From the NCBI GenBank assembly GCA_025929535.1, contig JAICLZ010000002.1:18565-82564 (forward strand): a stretch of 64,000 bases of DNA. Direction: 5' to 3'. The notes beneath the pieces were generated by a model. The model ran no database searches. It was given only the letters and a program-made list of their open reading frames with translations, and had not been told where the DNA came from. Every line of letters starts with the position of its first letter. The stretch's first letter is position 1. The translations under genes and the position numbers were made by a program. Positions 44,060 through 52,827 of this stretch are shown in pieces. This DNA comes from Gemmatimonadaceae bacterium (lineage in GTDB: Bacteria > Gemmatimonadota > Gemmatimonadetes > Gemmatimonadales > Gemmatimonadaceae).

Positions 44060-44680
44060 TTACATGGCCATCGGTTCGGACTGGCGCTGCCGGTCTAGCC
44101 ACGCGCGCAGCCGGCTGGCGATCCGCGTGAGGTTCTCGCGGGCGGGCGGGTGCGCGAGGAGGCGCGCGCTGGTGCGCGCCGCGCGCGCGGGACGCATGCC
44201 GGCCTGGCGCGCGAGGGCGAGGAGGGACAGCGCGTCGCTGAGCGCATCCGCGTGCGACTGGAGGAGCGGCGAGAACGCGGGAGCCGGCGGCGCGCTGCGC
44301 GGACGGGGCGCCGATACGCGAAGCGGCGTCTGCCTCGCACGCGCCACGCGCACCATCTCTTCCCGGCTCGGACGCTCGGCGCTCGCGGTGAAGCCGAGGT
44401 TCGCGAGGGCGCGACCGATGGCGGAGGTCTCGGTGTTCTCGAGGCACGCGACGGCGTTGACATCGCCATCGCCTTCCCGCTCGAGCGCCCAGCCGGTTGC
44501 GGCCGGCTTCGCATCCTCGGCGGTTCGGTAGACGCGCGCGCAGAAGATCACGAAGCGCGCATCGCGCTGGACCAGCGAGGTGATGATTCGCCCAGCGGGG
44601 AAGCGCTCGTAGAAGAGCGTGATGCGGCGCGCGACGGGCGCATAGCGCTCCAGGTCGTACCCATGTTCGGCTTTCGGCAT
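44060..44680 (-). CDS. Hypothetical protein, N-terminal domain reminiscent of Rad52/Sak-type single-strand annealing proteins
   Basis: Start at ATG 44680. The segment ATGWALEREGDGDVNAVACLENTETSAIGRALANLGF resembles the conserved annealase core. The C-terminal half is Ala/Arg/Pro-rich. The assignment is tentative. Confidence 0.5.
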   Translation of the reverse strand: MPKAEHGYDLERYAPVARRITLFYERFPAGRIITSLVQRDARFVIFCARVYRTAEDAKPAATGWALEREGDGDVNAVACLENTETSAIGRALANLGFTASAERPSREEMVRVARARQTPLRVSAPRPRSAPPAPAFSPLLQSHADALSDALSLLALARQAGMRPARAARTSARLLAHPPARENLTRIASRLRAWLDRQRQSEPMAM

Positions 44681-44765
44681 TGCAGGATCCTCGCTGCCTT
44701 CGACGGATGCAACCGGAGAGCGCACGATAAACCGAAGAAATCCCGAAAGCAACAGATGAACCGCA

Positions 44766-44797
44766 AGTCACTCGTAATCAATGGGTTACGAGCGACT
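44766..44797. promoter_or_regulatory. 12-bp inverted repeat between the arylsulfotransferase-like gene and the annealase/sigma/S24 operon
   Basis: AGTCACTCGTAA (44766..44777) and TTACGAGCGACT (44786..44797), with one mismatch and an 8-nt spacer. It could be an operator or a terminator hairpin. Confidence 0.35.
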
Positions 44798-44819
44798 CAG
44801 GATCGGCAGGGCGCTCGCT

Positions 44820-46271
44820 CTACGGTGCCTCGTAGCCGTAGAGCGAGGCGATCTTCGTGAAGCGGTAGGGAATCTGATCGGTAGGCACGCTCAGGGTTCC
44901 TTCCCACACGGTCGTTCCGGAGGAGGTCACCTCCGTGGCGGTGAGAGGCCGTCCGAACGTCCAGCCGATGAACGTATTTCCATTCGCCAGGCGCTGGACT
45001 GAACCGGTGAAGGATGTGTAGATGGGCGGCGCGTGAGTGAAGTCCCACACCTTGGTCGCCGTATGCGCGCCGGTGTCCAGCTGGTACTCCAACGCCCGGC
45101 TGGCCTGCGTGGCGTGCCGGGTCCCGTTGTCGAAGATGAGCAGATTTCCATTGTCGAGACTGCGAACGCTGTGCTGCGCGCTGAACCCGTTCAGCGGATC
45201 GCCGGTGATCGTGAAATCGCTCGCGATCGTGGCGAAGGGGCCGGCGAGCGTCCAGATGAGCGCTCCGGTGGAAGCATCGATGTTCGTGATCACATCGAGA
45301 TTCCGCCAGGAAACGACGTAGTTGCCGTCGGCCGCGATCGAGACCGCGTTCGGATGATCGAAATCGAGCTGTCCCGGAACGGGCTCCACGTTGTCCGTGA
45401 TCGCGAAGTGATCCCATGCGTCGAACACCACCGATTTCGTGCCGCTCGCATCCTGCCGGATGAGCTGGTGCCCGGTCACGAGCGAGTCCGCCGATCCCCC
45501 GTGCGACGACTCGTCGAAATGCCGCGCGGTGTATGCGAGGAAGAGCGCCCCGGCGTACGCGCCGTGCGAATCGGTGAGCTCCCAGAACTCGTGGCCGTCC
45601 AGATACGACGAGTCGGGCGCCGTGTACGTGCGCAGGATCGTTCCGTCCGGAGCGATCGCCACTGCCTGTCCCGGCACCGGTTCACCGCCATGGGATGTGG
45701 TCAGCACGGCGGTGATGTCGCCGTTCGTCTGCTGCTTGACCTCTTCGGTCGGAATCGCTCCCGGGAAGGAGCGGTACCACGCCAGCTGGCCCGCGGAGTC
45801 GAACGCCACGACGTGTGCCGAGGTGCCGTCGAAGATCGAGGTGAGGACGTAGCCGCCGCTGGAAGGCGATGCGCCCGTGAACGATGACGAGGAGAGGAAC
45901 GTCGGCAGCGTGTCGGTCGTGAAGGAGACGGTGTCCGAGGTGCGCTGCGTGTGGCTGTTGGCTGCTTCGATGGCGAAGTTATACTGCGTGCCGGGACGGA
46001 GTCCGAGCACGACCATGCGGCTGGTTCCCGTATCGCCCACGAACGGTGTGTGCTGCTTCGCGCCGGTGCCGGTCCAGTACACGACGCGCGCCGAATCGAC
46101 GTTGGTCGGTTCGAGCGTCAGAATCGCGGAGAGCACGTTGTTCGAGTTGGGCGTGACGACCAGGTTCGACACCCTGGGCAAGGTTGCCGGCCCATTGGTT
46201 CCGTTGTCATCGCCGCATGCAGAGAGCAGCACGGCGAACGCCGCCATGCCGATGAGGCCTGTCCGTTTCAC
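44820..46271 (-). CDS. Arylsulfotransferase (ASST)-like beta-propeller lipoprotein
   Basis: SD GGAGG lies before GTG 46271. Lipobox VLLSAC. An N-terminal Ig/FN3-like segment is followed by ASST-like motifs (DFDHPNAVSI, HSVRSLDNGNLLIFDNG, VQRLANGNTFIGW). Confidence 0.7.
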   Translation of the reverse strand: MKRTGLIGMAAFAVLLSACGDDNGTNGPATLPRVSNLVVTPNSNNVLSAILTLEPTNVDSARVVYWTGTGAKQHTPFVGDTGTSRMVVLGLRPGTQYNFAIEAANSHTQRTSDTVSFTTDTLPTFLSSSSFTGASPSSGGYVLTSIFDGTSAHVVAFDSAGQLAWYRSFPGAIPTEEVKQQTNGDITAVLTTSHGGEPVPGQAVAIAPDGTILRTYTAPDSSYLDGHEFWELTDSHGAYAGALFLAYTARHFDESSHGGSADSLVTGHQLIRQDASGTKSVVFDAWDHFAITDNVEPVPGQLDFDHPNAVSIAADGNYVVSWRNLDVITNIDASTGALIWTLAGPFATIASDFTITGDPLNGFSAQHSVRSLDNGNLLIFDNGTRHATQASRALEYQLDTGAHTATKVWDFTHAPPIYTSFTGSVQRLANGNTFIGWTFGRPLTATEVTSSGTTVWEGTLSVPTDQIPYRFTKIASLYGYEAP

Positions 46272-46419
46272 GTTCCCCTCCTCGAGTGGTGATGCAGGGC
46301 ATGCGTCGTCATGCGTGCGCTGGGAGTACAGTGCCGCGACGCATTCCCTGCAGATCAAGTTCCCTTTGCACCGTTGCGAAAATCATGCGCACGAGCCGGG
46401 ATGCACCCACAGGATTGCT

Positions 46420-46458
46420 TTCTCCTGAATTGGAGTTATTATTCTCCTGAACAGGAGA
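46420..46458. promoter_or_regulatory. Candidate operator of the RES/Xre toxin-antitoxin operon
   Basis: TTCTCCTGAA is repeated directly at 46420 and 46442, 22 bp apart. The second copy is part of the palindrome TCTCCTG-AA-CAGGAGA (46443..46458), whose right arm is the SD of the antitoxin. Confidence 0.45.
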
Positions 46459-46463
46459 CACTC

Positions 46464-46901
46464 TTGGCCACCCGCGCCTACCCCGCCACCCGCTACGAGC
46501 CGTCGCCCCTGGTCGATCTCACATCGGCCCCCGCGCGCGAACGGCTGAGCCCCTCTGCGCTCAAGACGTTCTTCACCATCGTCGAGCACTGGAGGCTTCG
46601 CGACGAAGACGCACGCACGCTCCTCGGCGGCGTCACGAATGGGCCGTACTACGAAATGAAAAGGCAGCCTGGCGGCCGCGTGCTCGATCCCGACAGGCTC
46701 CTTCGCATTTCCTATCTCATCGGCATCTTCAAGGCGCTCAACATCCTCCACGGCAGCGCGATCGCGGATGAATGGGTGCAGCTGCCGAACACGAACCGGA
46801 TCTTCGGCGGCACCACGCCGCTGGCCTACATGCTCAGGGGCGGCGTCACGGCAATGCAGACCGTGCGGCGGTTGCTCGACGCGCGGCGCGGCGGAATGTG
46901 A
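46464..46901 (+). CDS. Antitoxin, Xre/MbcA/ParS-like (DUF2384 toxin-binding domain)
   Basis: TTG 46464 lies 5 nt after AGGAGA; the ORF extends to 46311. The C-terminal domain reads RISYLIGIFKALNILHGSAIADEWVQLPNTNRIFGGTTPLAYML. The stop overlaps the RES gene start (ATGTGA). Confidence 0.75.
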   Translation: MATRAYPATRYEPSPLVDLTSAPARERLSPSALKTFFTIVEHWRLRDEDARTLLGGVTNGPYYEMKRQPGGRVLDPDRLLRISYLIGIFKALNILHGSAIADEWVQLPNTNRIFGGTTPLAYMLRGGVTAMQTVRRLLDARRGGM

Positions 46902-47590
46902 CGGCGGCTCCACTCACCACGCTCGTCCGCCGCAACGACACGCACCGCCTGATCCCGTCGCAGCATCGGGACGATGGACGCACCGTGCTCGCACGCCTCG
47001 CGCACGGCGAGGCCGAGCTCGGTGATCTGTACGACCTCGACAACGCCACGAACGACCGCCTGCTCGCGGAGAACGACCTGCTCCCCGACATCCGCGTGCA
47101 CGAGCTCCTCTTCGGCGTACCGTACTATCGTATCGTCAACGCCTCCTTCACCCACGCCCACCCGCTCGGCAGCCGCTTCAACGGCCCCGATCGGGGCGCG
47201 TGGTACGCGGCATTCGAGATCAGGACCGCGCAGGCCGAAGTGGCCTTTCACAAGTCGCTGCACCTCGAAGAGATCGGCCGCTTCGACGACGAGGTGACCT
47301 TCGACGACTACCTCGCCGACTTCAGCTGCGAGCTCCACGATCTCCGCAAACGCGACGCGTTCGCGCCCTATCTCGACCCCGGGAGCTACGTCGCGTCCCA
47401 GACCCTCGCCGCTCGTCTCCTGAACGACGGCTCGCTCGGCATCATCTATCCGAGCGTTCGTCGCGCCGGCGGCACGTGCATCGCCTGCTTTCGGCCGGCG
47501 CTCGTCATGAACGTGCGGCGAGCGAAGACGTATCGCTTCCGATGGAGCGGCACGCCGACACCCGTGATCACGGTGGATACGCGGGGCTGA
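46898..47590 (+). CDS. RES-domain toxin (MbcT/ParT family)
   Basis: The R-E-S signature is spread over GSRFNGPDRGAWY, AQAEVAFH and IIYPSVRRAGGTCIACF. GTG start at 46898. Confidence 0.8.
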   Translation: MTAAPLTTLVRRNDTHRLIPSQHRDDGRTVLARLAHGEAELGDLYDLDNATNDRLLAENDLLPDIRVHELLFGVPYYRIVNASFTHAHPLGSRFNGPDRGAWYAAFEIRTAQAEVAFHKSLHLEEIGRFDDEVTFDDYLADFSCELHDLRKRDAFAPYLDPGSYVASQTLAARLLNDGSLGIIYPSVRRAGGTCIACFRPALVMNVRRAKTYRFRWSGTPTPVITVDTRG

Positions 47591-48487
47591 TCACTTTTTC
47601 GCCGCCATTCCGCGCAGCAGCTTCATCATCTTCACATCGTACGGGTCCGGCGCGGGATCGTCATCCGCGATCTCGAAGTTCGCCTGCGGCGTCTCGAGAA
47701 TCAGCGGCACCTTCTTCGCCCGCTTGTCCGCGAGCAGCCAGCCGAAGGGCTCCTTCCCGATGTTGCCGTCGCCGATGAGCGCGTGCCGGTCCTTGTTCGA
47801 GCCGAGCGCGCCCTCGCTGTCGTTCAGATGAAAGAACGACGGCGGCGCGCCCGCCGCTTCCTCGAACGCATCGAGGATCTTCGTGAACGCCGCGCGCGAG
47901 GCCGTGATGTCGTGCCCGGCTGCGTAGAGATGACAGCTGTCGAGCCCGAAGCCGGTGCGCTCGCGCAGCGAAGCAGGCACATCCTCGAGCATCATCCCGA
48001 TCTCCTCCGGCGTGCGCCCCATCGTGAGCCCGGCACCCGCCGTGTTCTCGATCAACACGCGCGTGCCGCCTTTCACCGTCTGCAGCGCATGCGTGATCGC
48101 CTTCGCCACGCGTTTGGCGGCCGACGCGCGGTCACCACCCGTTGCCGCACCCGGATGAAAGCAGATCTGTCCAACGCCGAGCGCGGTCGAGCGCTCGAGC
48201 TCCTTCGTGAGCCCGTCGCGCGCGCGGATCCATTTCTCCTCATCGTTGGACGCCGTGTTGAGCACGTAGGCCGAGTGCACGACCACGTTCTCCGGCGCGA
48301 TGCCGGCTTTCTCGAGCGCGGCCCTGAATCGTTCGACGCGCTCGGGCCGAATGGACTGCTTGTCGCCGTAATACTTCGGTATGGTCGTGAAGATCTGCAG
48401 CGCGCTCATGTCGGCGTTGCCGGCGCGCAGCGCGGCCATGTCGATGCCGCCGTTGTCGATCGTGTGTGCGCCGAGCAGTAATGGCAT
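47591..48487 (-). CDS. nfo: Deoxyribonuclease IV (endonuclease IV)
   Basis: TIM-barrel AP endonuclease 2 motifs: VVHSAYVLN, ICFHPGA, LIENTAG, DSCHLYAAG and FHLNDS. Confidence 0.9.
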   Translation of the reverse strand: MPLLLGAHTIDNGGIDMAALRAGNADMSALQIFTTIPKYYGDKQSIRPERVERFRAALEKAGIAPENVVVHSAYVLNTASNDEEKWIRARDGLTKELERSTALGVGQICFHPGAATGGDRASAAKRVAKAITHALQTVKGGTRVLIENTAGAGLTMGRTPEEIGMMLEDVPASLRERTGFGLDSCHLYAAGHDITASRAAFTKILDAFEEAAGAPPSFFHLNDSEGALGSNKDRHALIGDGNIGKEPFGWLLADKRAKKVPLILETPQANFEIADDDPAPDPYDVKMMKLLRGMAAKK

Positions 48488-48571
48488 GTGTATGAAGGGG
48501 GAAGAGAGCTTGCGTGTGACGGCGTGCGCCTTGCAACTTTTCCAGTCTCCCTAGAATAGCGATTCGTCGTC

Positions 48572-50329
48572 ATGCCTGTCGCCACCAAATCCCCAGCAGC
48601 CCCGGAAGCGCCCGCCGCGCCGGTGATCACCGTAACGTTTCCGGCGGCCGAGAAGCCGGAAGGGCGCGCCCCGGGCGCCGAAGGCGCCAGGGGATCCATA
48701 GTAGGGTTCAACGGTCGCCGGCGTACGCCGCCGCCCGTAAACGAGCCGGTTCGCAGCTACGCACCGGGCACGCCCGAGCGCGCCGAGCTCAAGGCGCGCC
48801 TCGACTCGATGTCTGCCGAGCAGGTCGACATCCCGATCGTCGTCGACGGCCGCGAGATCCGAACCGGCGACACTGCGCAGATCGTGATGCCGCACGCGCA
48901 CCAGCACGTGCTCGGCAGCTGGCACGCGGCCACCACCGAGCACGTTGCGCAGGCCATCAAGGCTGCCGAGCGCGCGCGGGCCGACTGGGGCAACTGGCCC
49001 TTCGAGGAGCGCGCCGGCGTCTTTCTGCGCGCGGCCGAGCTGCTCTCCACCAGACATCGGGCAACGATCAACGCCGCCACGATGCTCGGCCAATCGAAGA
49101 CGGCGTTCCAGGCCGAGGTCGATGCCGCGTGCGAGCTCGCCGACTTCTGGCGCTTCAATGTGCACTTCGCGGAGAACCTCTACGCCGACCAGCCGATCAG
49201 CGATCGCGGCATCTGGAACCAGACGGACTATCGCCCGCTGGAGGGATTCATCTACGCGGTGACGCCGTTCAACTTCACGGCTATCGGCGGCAATCTCCCC
49301 ACCGCTCCCGCGCTCATGGGCAACACGGTGCTCTGGAAGCCGTCGATGACGGCGATGCTGAGCGCGCACTACGTGATGCAGATCCTCACCGAGGCCGGTC
49401 TGCCGCCGGGTGTGATCAACTTTCTGCCGGGCGACCCGGTCGCGATCTCGAACGCGGCGCTCTCGCACCGCGATTTTGCCGGGCTGCATTTCACGGGCAG
49501 CACGACGGTGTTCAACCTGATGTGGAAGCAGATAGGCGCGAACACGAACAGCTATCGCACCTATCCGCGGATCGTCGGCGAGACGGGCGGCAAGGACTTC
49601 ATCGTTGCGCATCCGAGCGCGGACACCGAGGCGCTCGCGGTCGCGATCGTGCGCGGCGGCTTCGAGTACCAGGGACAGAAGTGCTCGGCCGCCAGCCGCA
49701 TCTACGTTCCGCAGTCGCTCTGGGGCGAGGTGCGCGATCGCGTGATCGCGATGATGAAGGAGATCACGGTCGGCGACGTGCGCGACTTCCGGAACTTCAT
49801 GGGCGCAGTGATCGACAAGCGTGCGTTCGACAAGATCAGCGGCTATCTCGCCGACGCGAAGAGGAACGCGAAGGTGCTCGCGGGCGGCACGGCGCGCGGC
49901 GAGACGGGGTGGTTCATCGATCCCACGCTCGTCGAGGCCACGGATCCATCGTACCGCCTGATGTGCGAGGAGATCTTCGGCCCCGTGGTCACGGCGTATG
50001 CGTATCCCGATGCGAAGTACTCGGAGATCCTCGACACCGTGAATCGCACGTCGCCGTACGCGCTCACGGGATCCATCTTCGCGCGCGACCGCGGTGCCGT
50101 GCACGAGGCGATGCTCAGGCTGCGCGACGCGGCTGGCAACTTCTACATCAACGACAAGCCCACGGGCGCGGTGGTCGGACAGCAGCCGTTCGGCGGCGCG
50201 CGCGCATCGGGAACGAACGACAAGGCGGGCTCGATGCTCAACCTCGCGCGCTGGGTGAGCGCGCGCTCGGTGAAGGAGACGTTCGCACCGCCGCACGATT
50301 TCAAGTATCCGTTCATGGGAGCGGAGTAG
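48572..50329 (+). CDS. pruA: L-glutamate gamma-semialdehyde (1-pyrroline-5-carboxylate) dehydrogenase
   Basis: Aldehyde dehydrogenase fold with FNFTAIGGNL, VGETGGKDF and the catalytic Cys in GQKCSAASR. The C-terminal end is typical of PruA. Confidence 0.9.
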   Translation: MPVATKSPAAPEAPAAPVITVTFPAAEKPEGRAPGAEGARGSIVGFNGRRRTPPPVNEPVRSYAPGTPERAELKARLDSMSAEQVDIPIVVDGREIRTGDTAQIVMPHAHQHVLGSWHAATTEHVAQAIKAAERARADWGNWPFEERAGVFLRAAELLSTRHRATINAATMLGQSKTAFQAEVDAACELADFWRFNVHFAENLYADQPISDRGIWNQTDYRPLEGFIYAVTPFNFTAIGGNLPTAPALMGNTVLWKPSMTAMLSAHYVMQILTEAGLPPGVINFLPGDPVAISNAALSHRDFAGLHFTGSTTVFNLMWKQIGANTNSYRTYPRIVGETGGKDFIVAHPSADTEALAVAIVRGGFEYQGQKCSAASRIYVPQSLWGEVRDRVIAMMKEITVGDVRDFRNFMGAVIDKRAFDKISGYLADAKRNAKVLAGGTARGETGWFIDPTLVEATDPSYRLMCEEIFGPVVTAYAYPDAKYSEILDTVNRTSPYALTGSIFARDRGAVHEAMLRLRDAAGNFYINDKPTGAVVGQQPFGGARASGTNDKAGSMLNLARWVSARSVKETFAPPHDFKYPFMGAE

Positions 50330-50332
50330 CCG

Positions 50333-51274
50333 GTGGCTGCTCCCGCTCCGCGCTCCGTGCGGGCGCGATACTACACGCTGGATGTGTTCACGGAAGAGGC
50401 GTTCGGCGGCAATCCGCTCGCGGTGTTCCCGGACTCGACGAAGATTCCCGAGGTCGCGCTGCAGAGCATCGCGCTCGAGATGAATCTCTCGGAGACGGTG
50501 TTCGTCTATCCGCCATCGGACCCGCAGTATACGCGTCGCGCTCGCATCTTCACGCCGGTGTACGAGATGCCCTTCGCCGGCCATCCGACCGTGGGCTGCG
50601 CATTCGCGCTCGCGGCGCTCGGCGAGATCCCGCTCGCGGGTGAAACGCGGATCACGCTGGAGGAAGGAGTGGGTCCGGTTCCCGTGCTCATCCGGGGCCA
50701 GTTCAAGAGGCCGGAGTTCGCCCAGCTGTCGGTGGCGAAGCTGCCCGAGATCGGACCCCCGCCTCCCGGACGCTCGCATCTGGCCGAGATGTTGTCGCTC
50801 GACGCGCAGGACATCCTTGGAGGGATGTCGGCACCGCAGGCGATCTCGTGCGGATTTCCCTTTCTCATCGTGCCGCTGCGGGATCTGGACGCCGTTCGGC
50901 GCGCGCGGGTACGCATGGACCAGTGGGACTCGTCGCTCAAGTCGTACTGGGCGCCGGACGTGATGGTGTTCGCGCGCGATACGGAACGTGAGGGCGTGAT
51001 CCGCGCGCGCGTGTTCGTGCCGGGTCAGGGAATCATCGAGGATCCGGCCACGGGCTCCGCGGCCGCGGCCCTCGGCGGCTATCTCGCGGCGCGCGAGAGC
51101 GCGGCGACCGGAAATTTCACCTACCTGGTGGAGCAGGGCTTCGAGATCAAGCGGCCGAGCTTCATCGAGCTCGAAGTGGACAAGGCGCAGGGCGAGGTGA
51201 CGGCGGTGCGCGTGGGGGGCTCAGCGGTGATGGTGAGCGAGGCGATAATGGAGATCCCGCTCCCGCGCGATTGA
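50333..51274 (+). CDS. PhzF-family isomerase-like protein
   Basis: YYTLDVFTEEAFGGNPLAVF, EMNLSETVFV, FAGHPTVG and DPATGSAAAALGGYL. Confidence 0.85.
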   Translation: MAAPAPRSVRARYYTLDVFTEEAFGGNPLAVFPDSTKIPEVALQSIALEMNLSETVFVYPPSDPQYTRRARIFTPVYEMPFAGHPTVGCAFALAALGEIPLAGETRITLEEGVGPVPVLIRGQFKRPEFAQLSVAKLPEIGPPPPGRSHLAEMLSLDAQDILGGMSAPQAISCGFPFLIVPLRDLDAVRRARVRMDQWDSSLKSYWAPDVMVFARDTEREGVIRARVFVPGQGIIEDPATGSAAAALGGYLAARESAATGNFTYLVEQGFEIKRPSFIELEVDKAQGEVTAVRVGGSAVMVSEAIMEIPLPRD

Positions 51275-51316
51275 GGCGAGGAGGAGAGCGAAGCCGAGCC
51301 GGGGCGTGCCCGAGGC

Positions 51317-51994
51317 TCAGTGCGCGGTGCGCTCCGACAGGTCGAGCATCGGTTCGCCGGTGAGATACTCCACCGTTTTCGGAGCTTCGAGCTGCGAGAG
51401 CCGCTTCACGACGTTCGCGACTCGGCGCGCCTGCGCGAGCATGACGTCCGCGAGCGAGCGCACGTCCGGGGCGAGCGCGTCGTCCATCAGCATGAGCTGC
51501 ACGTTGCTGAGAAGCGCGGCGAGCGGATTGTTGATCTCGTGCTGGATTGCGAGCGCGGTCTGGCCGATCCCTGCCATCCATTGTGCGTTCGCCAGCGCTT
51601 CCTCCGCTGCCCAGCGTGCGTCGTTCGCGGTGATGCGCCGTTCGGCGATCTCGAGTCGCGCCGTGATCGATGACGGTGTGAAGGGCTTGAAGAGATAGTC
51701 GTCGGCGCCGGCATCGAGCGCGATCACCACGTCGTCGCCCTCGATGCGCCCGGTGACGACGAGCACGAACACGTCGCGCGTCCCGGGCGACATCCGGATG
51801 CGGCGGCAGACCTCGAGTCCGTCGAGCTCGGGCATCTGCCAGTCGACGATGACGAGCGATGGCTGCTCGCGCTCGAACGCGGCCCAGGCGGAGGCCCCAT
51901 CCTCCACGGCTATCACCTCGTGGCCGCGGTCGAGCACCGCCACCTCGACGAGGCGGCGGATGAGCGGGCTATCGTCGGCGATCAGCACCTTCAT
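51317..51994 (-). CDS. Response-regulator receiver fused to a HisKA (DHp) domain, no ATPase domain
   Basis: REC: MKVLIADDSPL...LVIVDWQMPELDG...DDYLFKPF. It is followed by the H-box LAIQHEINNPLAALL. The protein ends about 70 aa after the His, with no N/G1/G2 boxes. Confidence 0.8.
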   Translation of the reverse strand: MKVLIADDSPLIRRLVEVAVLDRGHEVIAVEDGASAWAAFEREQPSLVIVDWQMPELDGLEVCRRIRMSPGTRDVFVLVVTGRIEGDDVVIALDAGADDYLFKPFTPSSITARLEIAERRITANDARWAAEEALANAQWMAGIGQTALAIQHEINNPLAALLSNVQLMLMDDALAPDVRSLADVMLAQARRVANVVKRLSQLEAPKTVEYLTGEPMLDLSERTAH

Positions 51995-52001
51995 GAGCGG
52001 C

Positions 52002-52376
52002 TCAGGCGGGAACGCGGTCGAGTAGCCGGCTGATGGAGCCGAGGAGAATCGTCTCGTCGACGATGGGCTTGGTGATGTAGTCGTCGAAGCCGTGTCCGAG
52101 ATACTTGCTGCGATCATCGCTCATGGCGTGCGCGGTGAACGCGATGACGGGCAGATGGCGAAAGTCGGGATTCGCGCGGATGTGGCGAAGCACCTCGACA
52201 CCATCCATTCCGGGCAGCGAGATGTCGAGCAGCAAGATTTCCGGGAGCTCGGTCGCGAGCGCCGCGAGGCCGTCCGGACCGTTGGCGTGCTCGGTGATCG
52301 CGAAGGAGTCACCCAGAATCGCGTTCAGGAGGAGGCGATTGTCCGCATTGTCCTCGATGATCATGATTCGTCTCAT
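52002..52376 (-). CDS. Single-domain CheY-like response regulator
   Basis: 124 aa (MRRIMIIEDNADN...LLLDISLPGMDG...DDYITKP). Its start overlaps the Hpt gene stop by 4 nt (ATGA). Confidence 0.85.
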   Translation of the reverse strand: MRRIMIIEDNADNRLLLNAILGDSFAITEHANGPDGLAALATELPEILLLDISLPGMDGVEVLRHIRANPDFRHLPVIAFTAHAMSDDRSKYLGHGFDDYITKPIVDETILLGSISRLLDRVPA

Positions 52377-52741
52377 GTCGGCGCTCCCGCGAGAGGCGCG
52401 GTCTCGAGCCAGGCGGTGTAGCGCACCAGCTCGTGATCGAGATCGGCCAGCAGGAGCGAGAGGTTCGCCGAGTGCTCCGGACTTTCGAGCCGCTCGCAAA
52501 GCTTCTGCATGCCGAGCGCGCCCATCTGCCCGGCGCTCGATTTGAGCATGTGCGCGACGGAGCGCACGCCTTCGACGTTGCCGGCGTCGAGCGCGGCGCG
52601 TGCGGATGCGATCCGCGACGGCGCCTCCTGCAGAAAGAGGAGTGTGATTTCCGCGCGGAGCTTGCTTCCGCCAAAGCGCTCGAGCCGTTTGAGCGCGTTC
52701 ACATCTCCAACGGCGTCCTGCGCTGTATCCATCAACGACAT
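52373..52741 (-). CDS. Hpt (histidine phosphotransfer) domain protein
   Basis: The motif SVAHMLKSSAGQMGA matches the H-x-x-K-G/S-S-x-x-x-x-G Hpt signature. The start is ATG 52741 or 52732. Confidence 0.75.
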   Translation of the reverse strand: MSLMDTAQDAVGDVNALKRLERFGGSKLRAEITLLFLQEAPSRIASARAALDAGNVEGVRSVAHMLKSSAGQMGALGMQKLCERLESPEHSANLSLLLADLDHELVRYTAWLETAPLAGAPT

Positions 52742-52827
52742 GTGACAACTGCGCCGAGCGATGCGTGTATGCACGAAGCTTCTTTCATGTCTATAAAACG
52801 CACGGCACACTGGATGAGTAATTTCTA

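Noticed and set aside
43950-44771. N-terminal 270 codons of the 527-aa ORF 43188..44771
   Set aside because: The region is Arg/Ala-rich with no motifs. It overlaps the annealase-like gene, which lies in another frame. The sigma factor begins at ATG 43949, which has its own purine-rich upstream region.
48551-50779. 742-aa ORF antisense to pruA and the PhzF-like gene
   Set aside because: This is an Arg-rich artefact. The plus-strand genes have unambiguous enzyme motifs.
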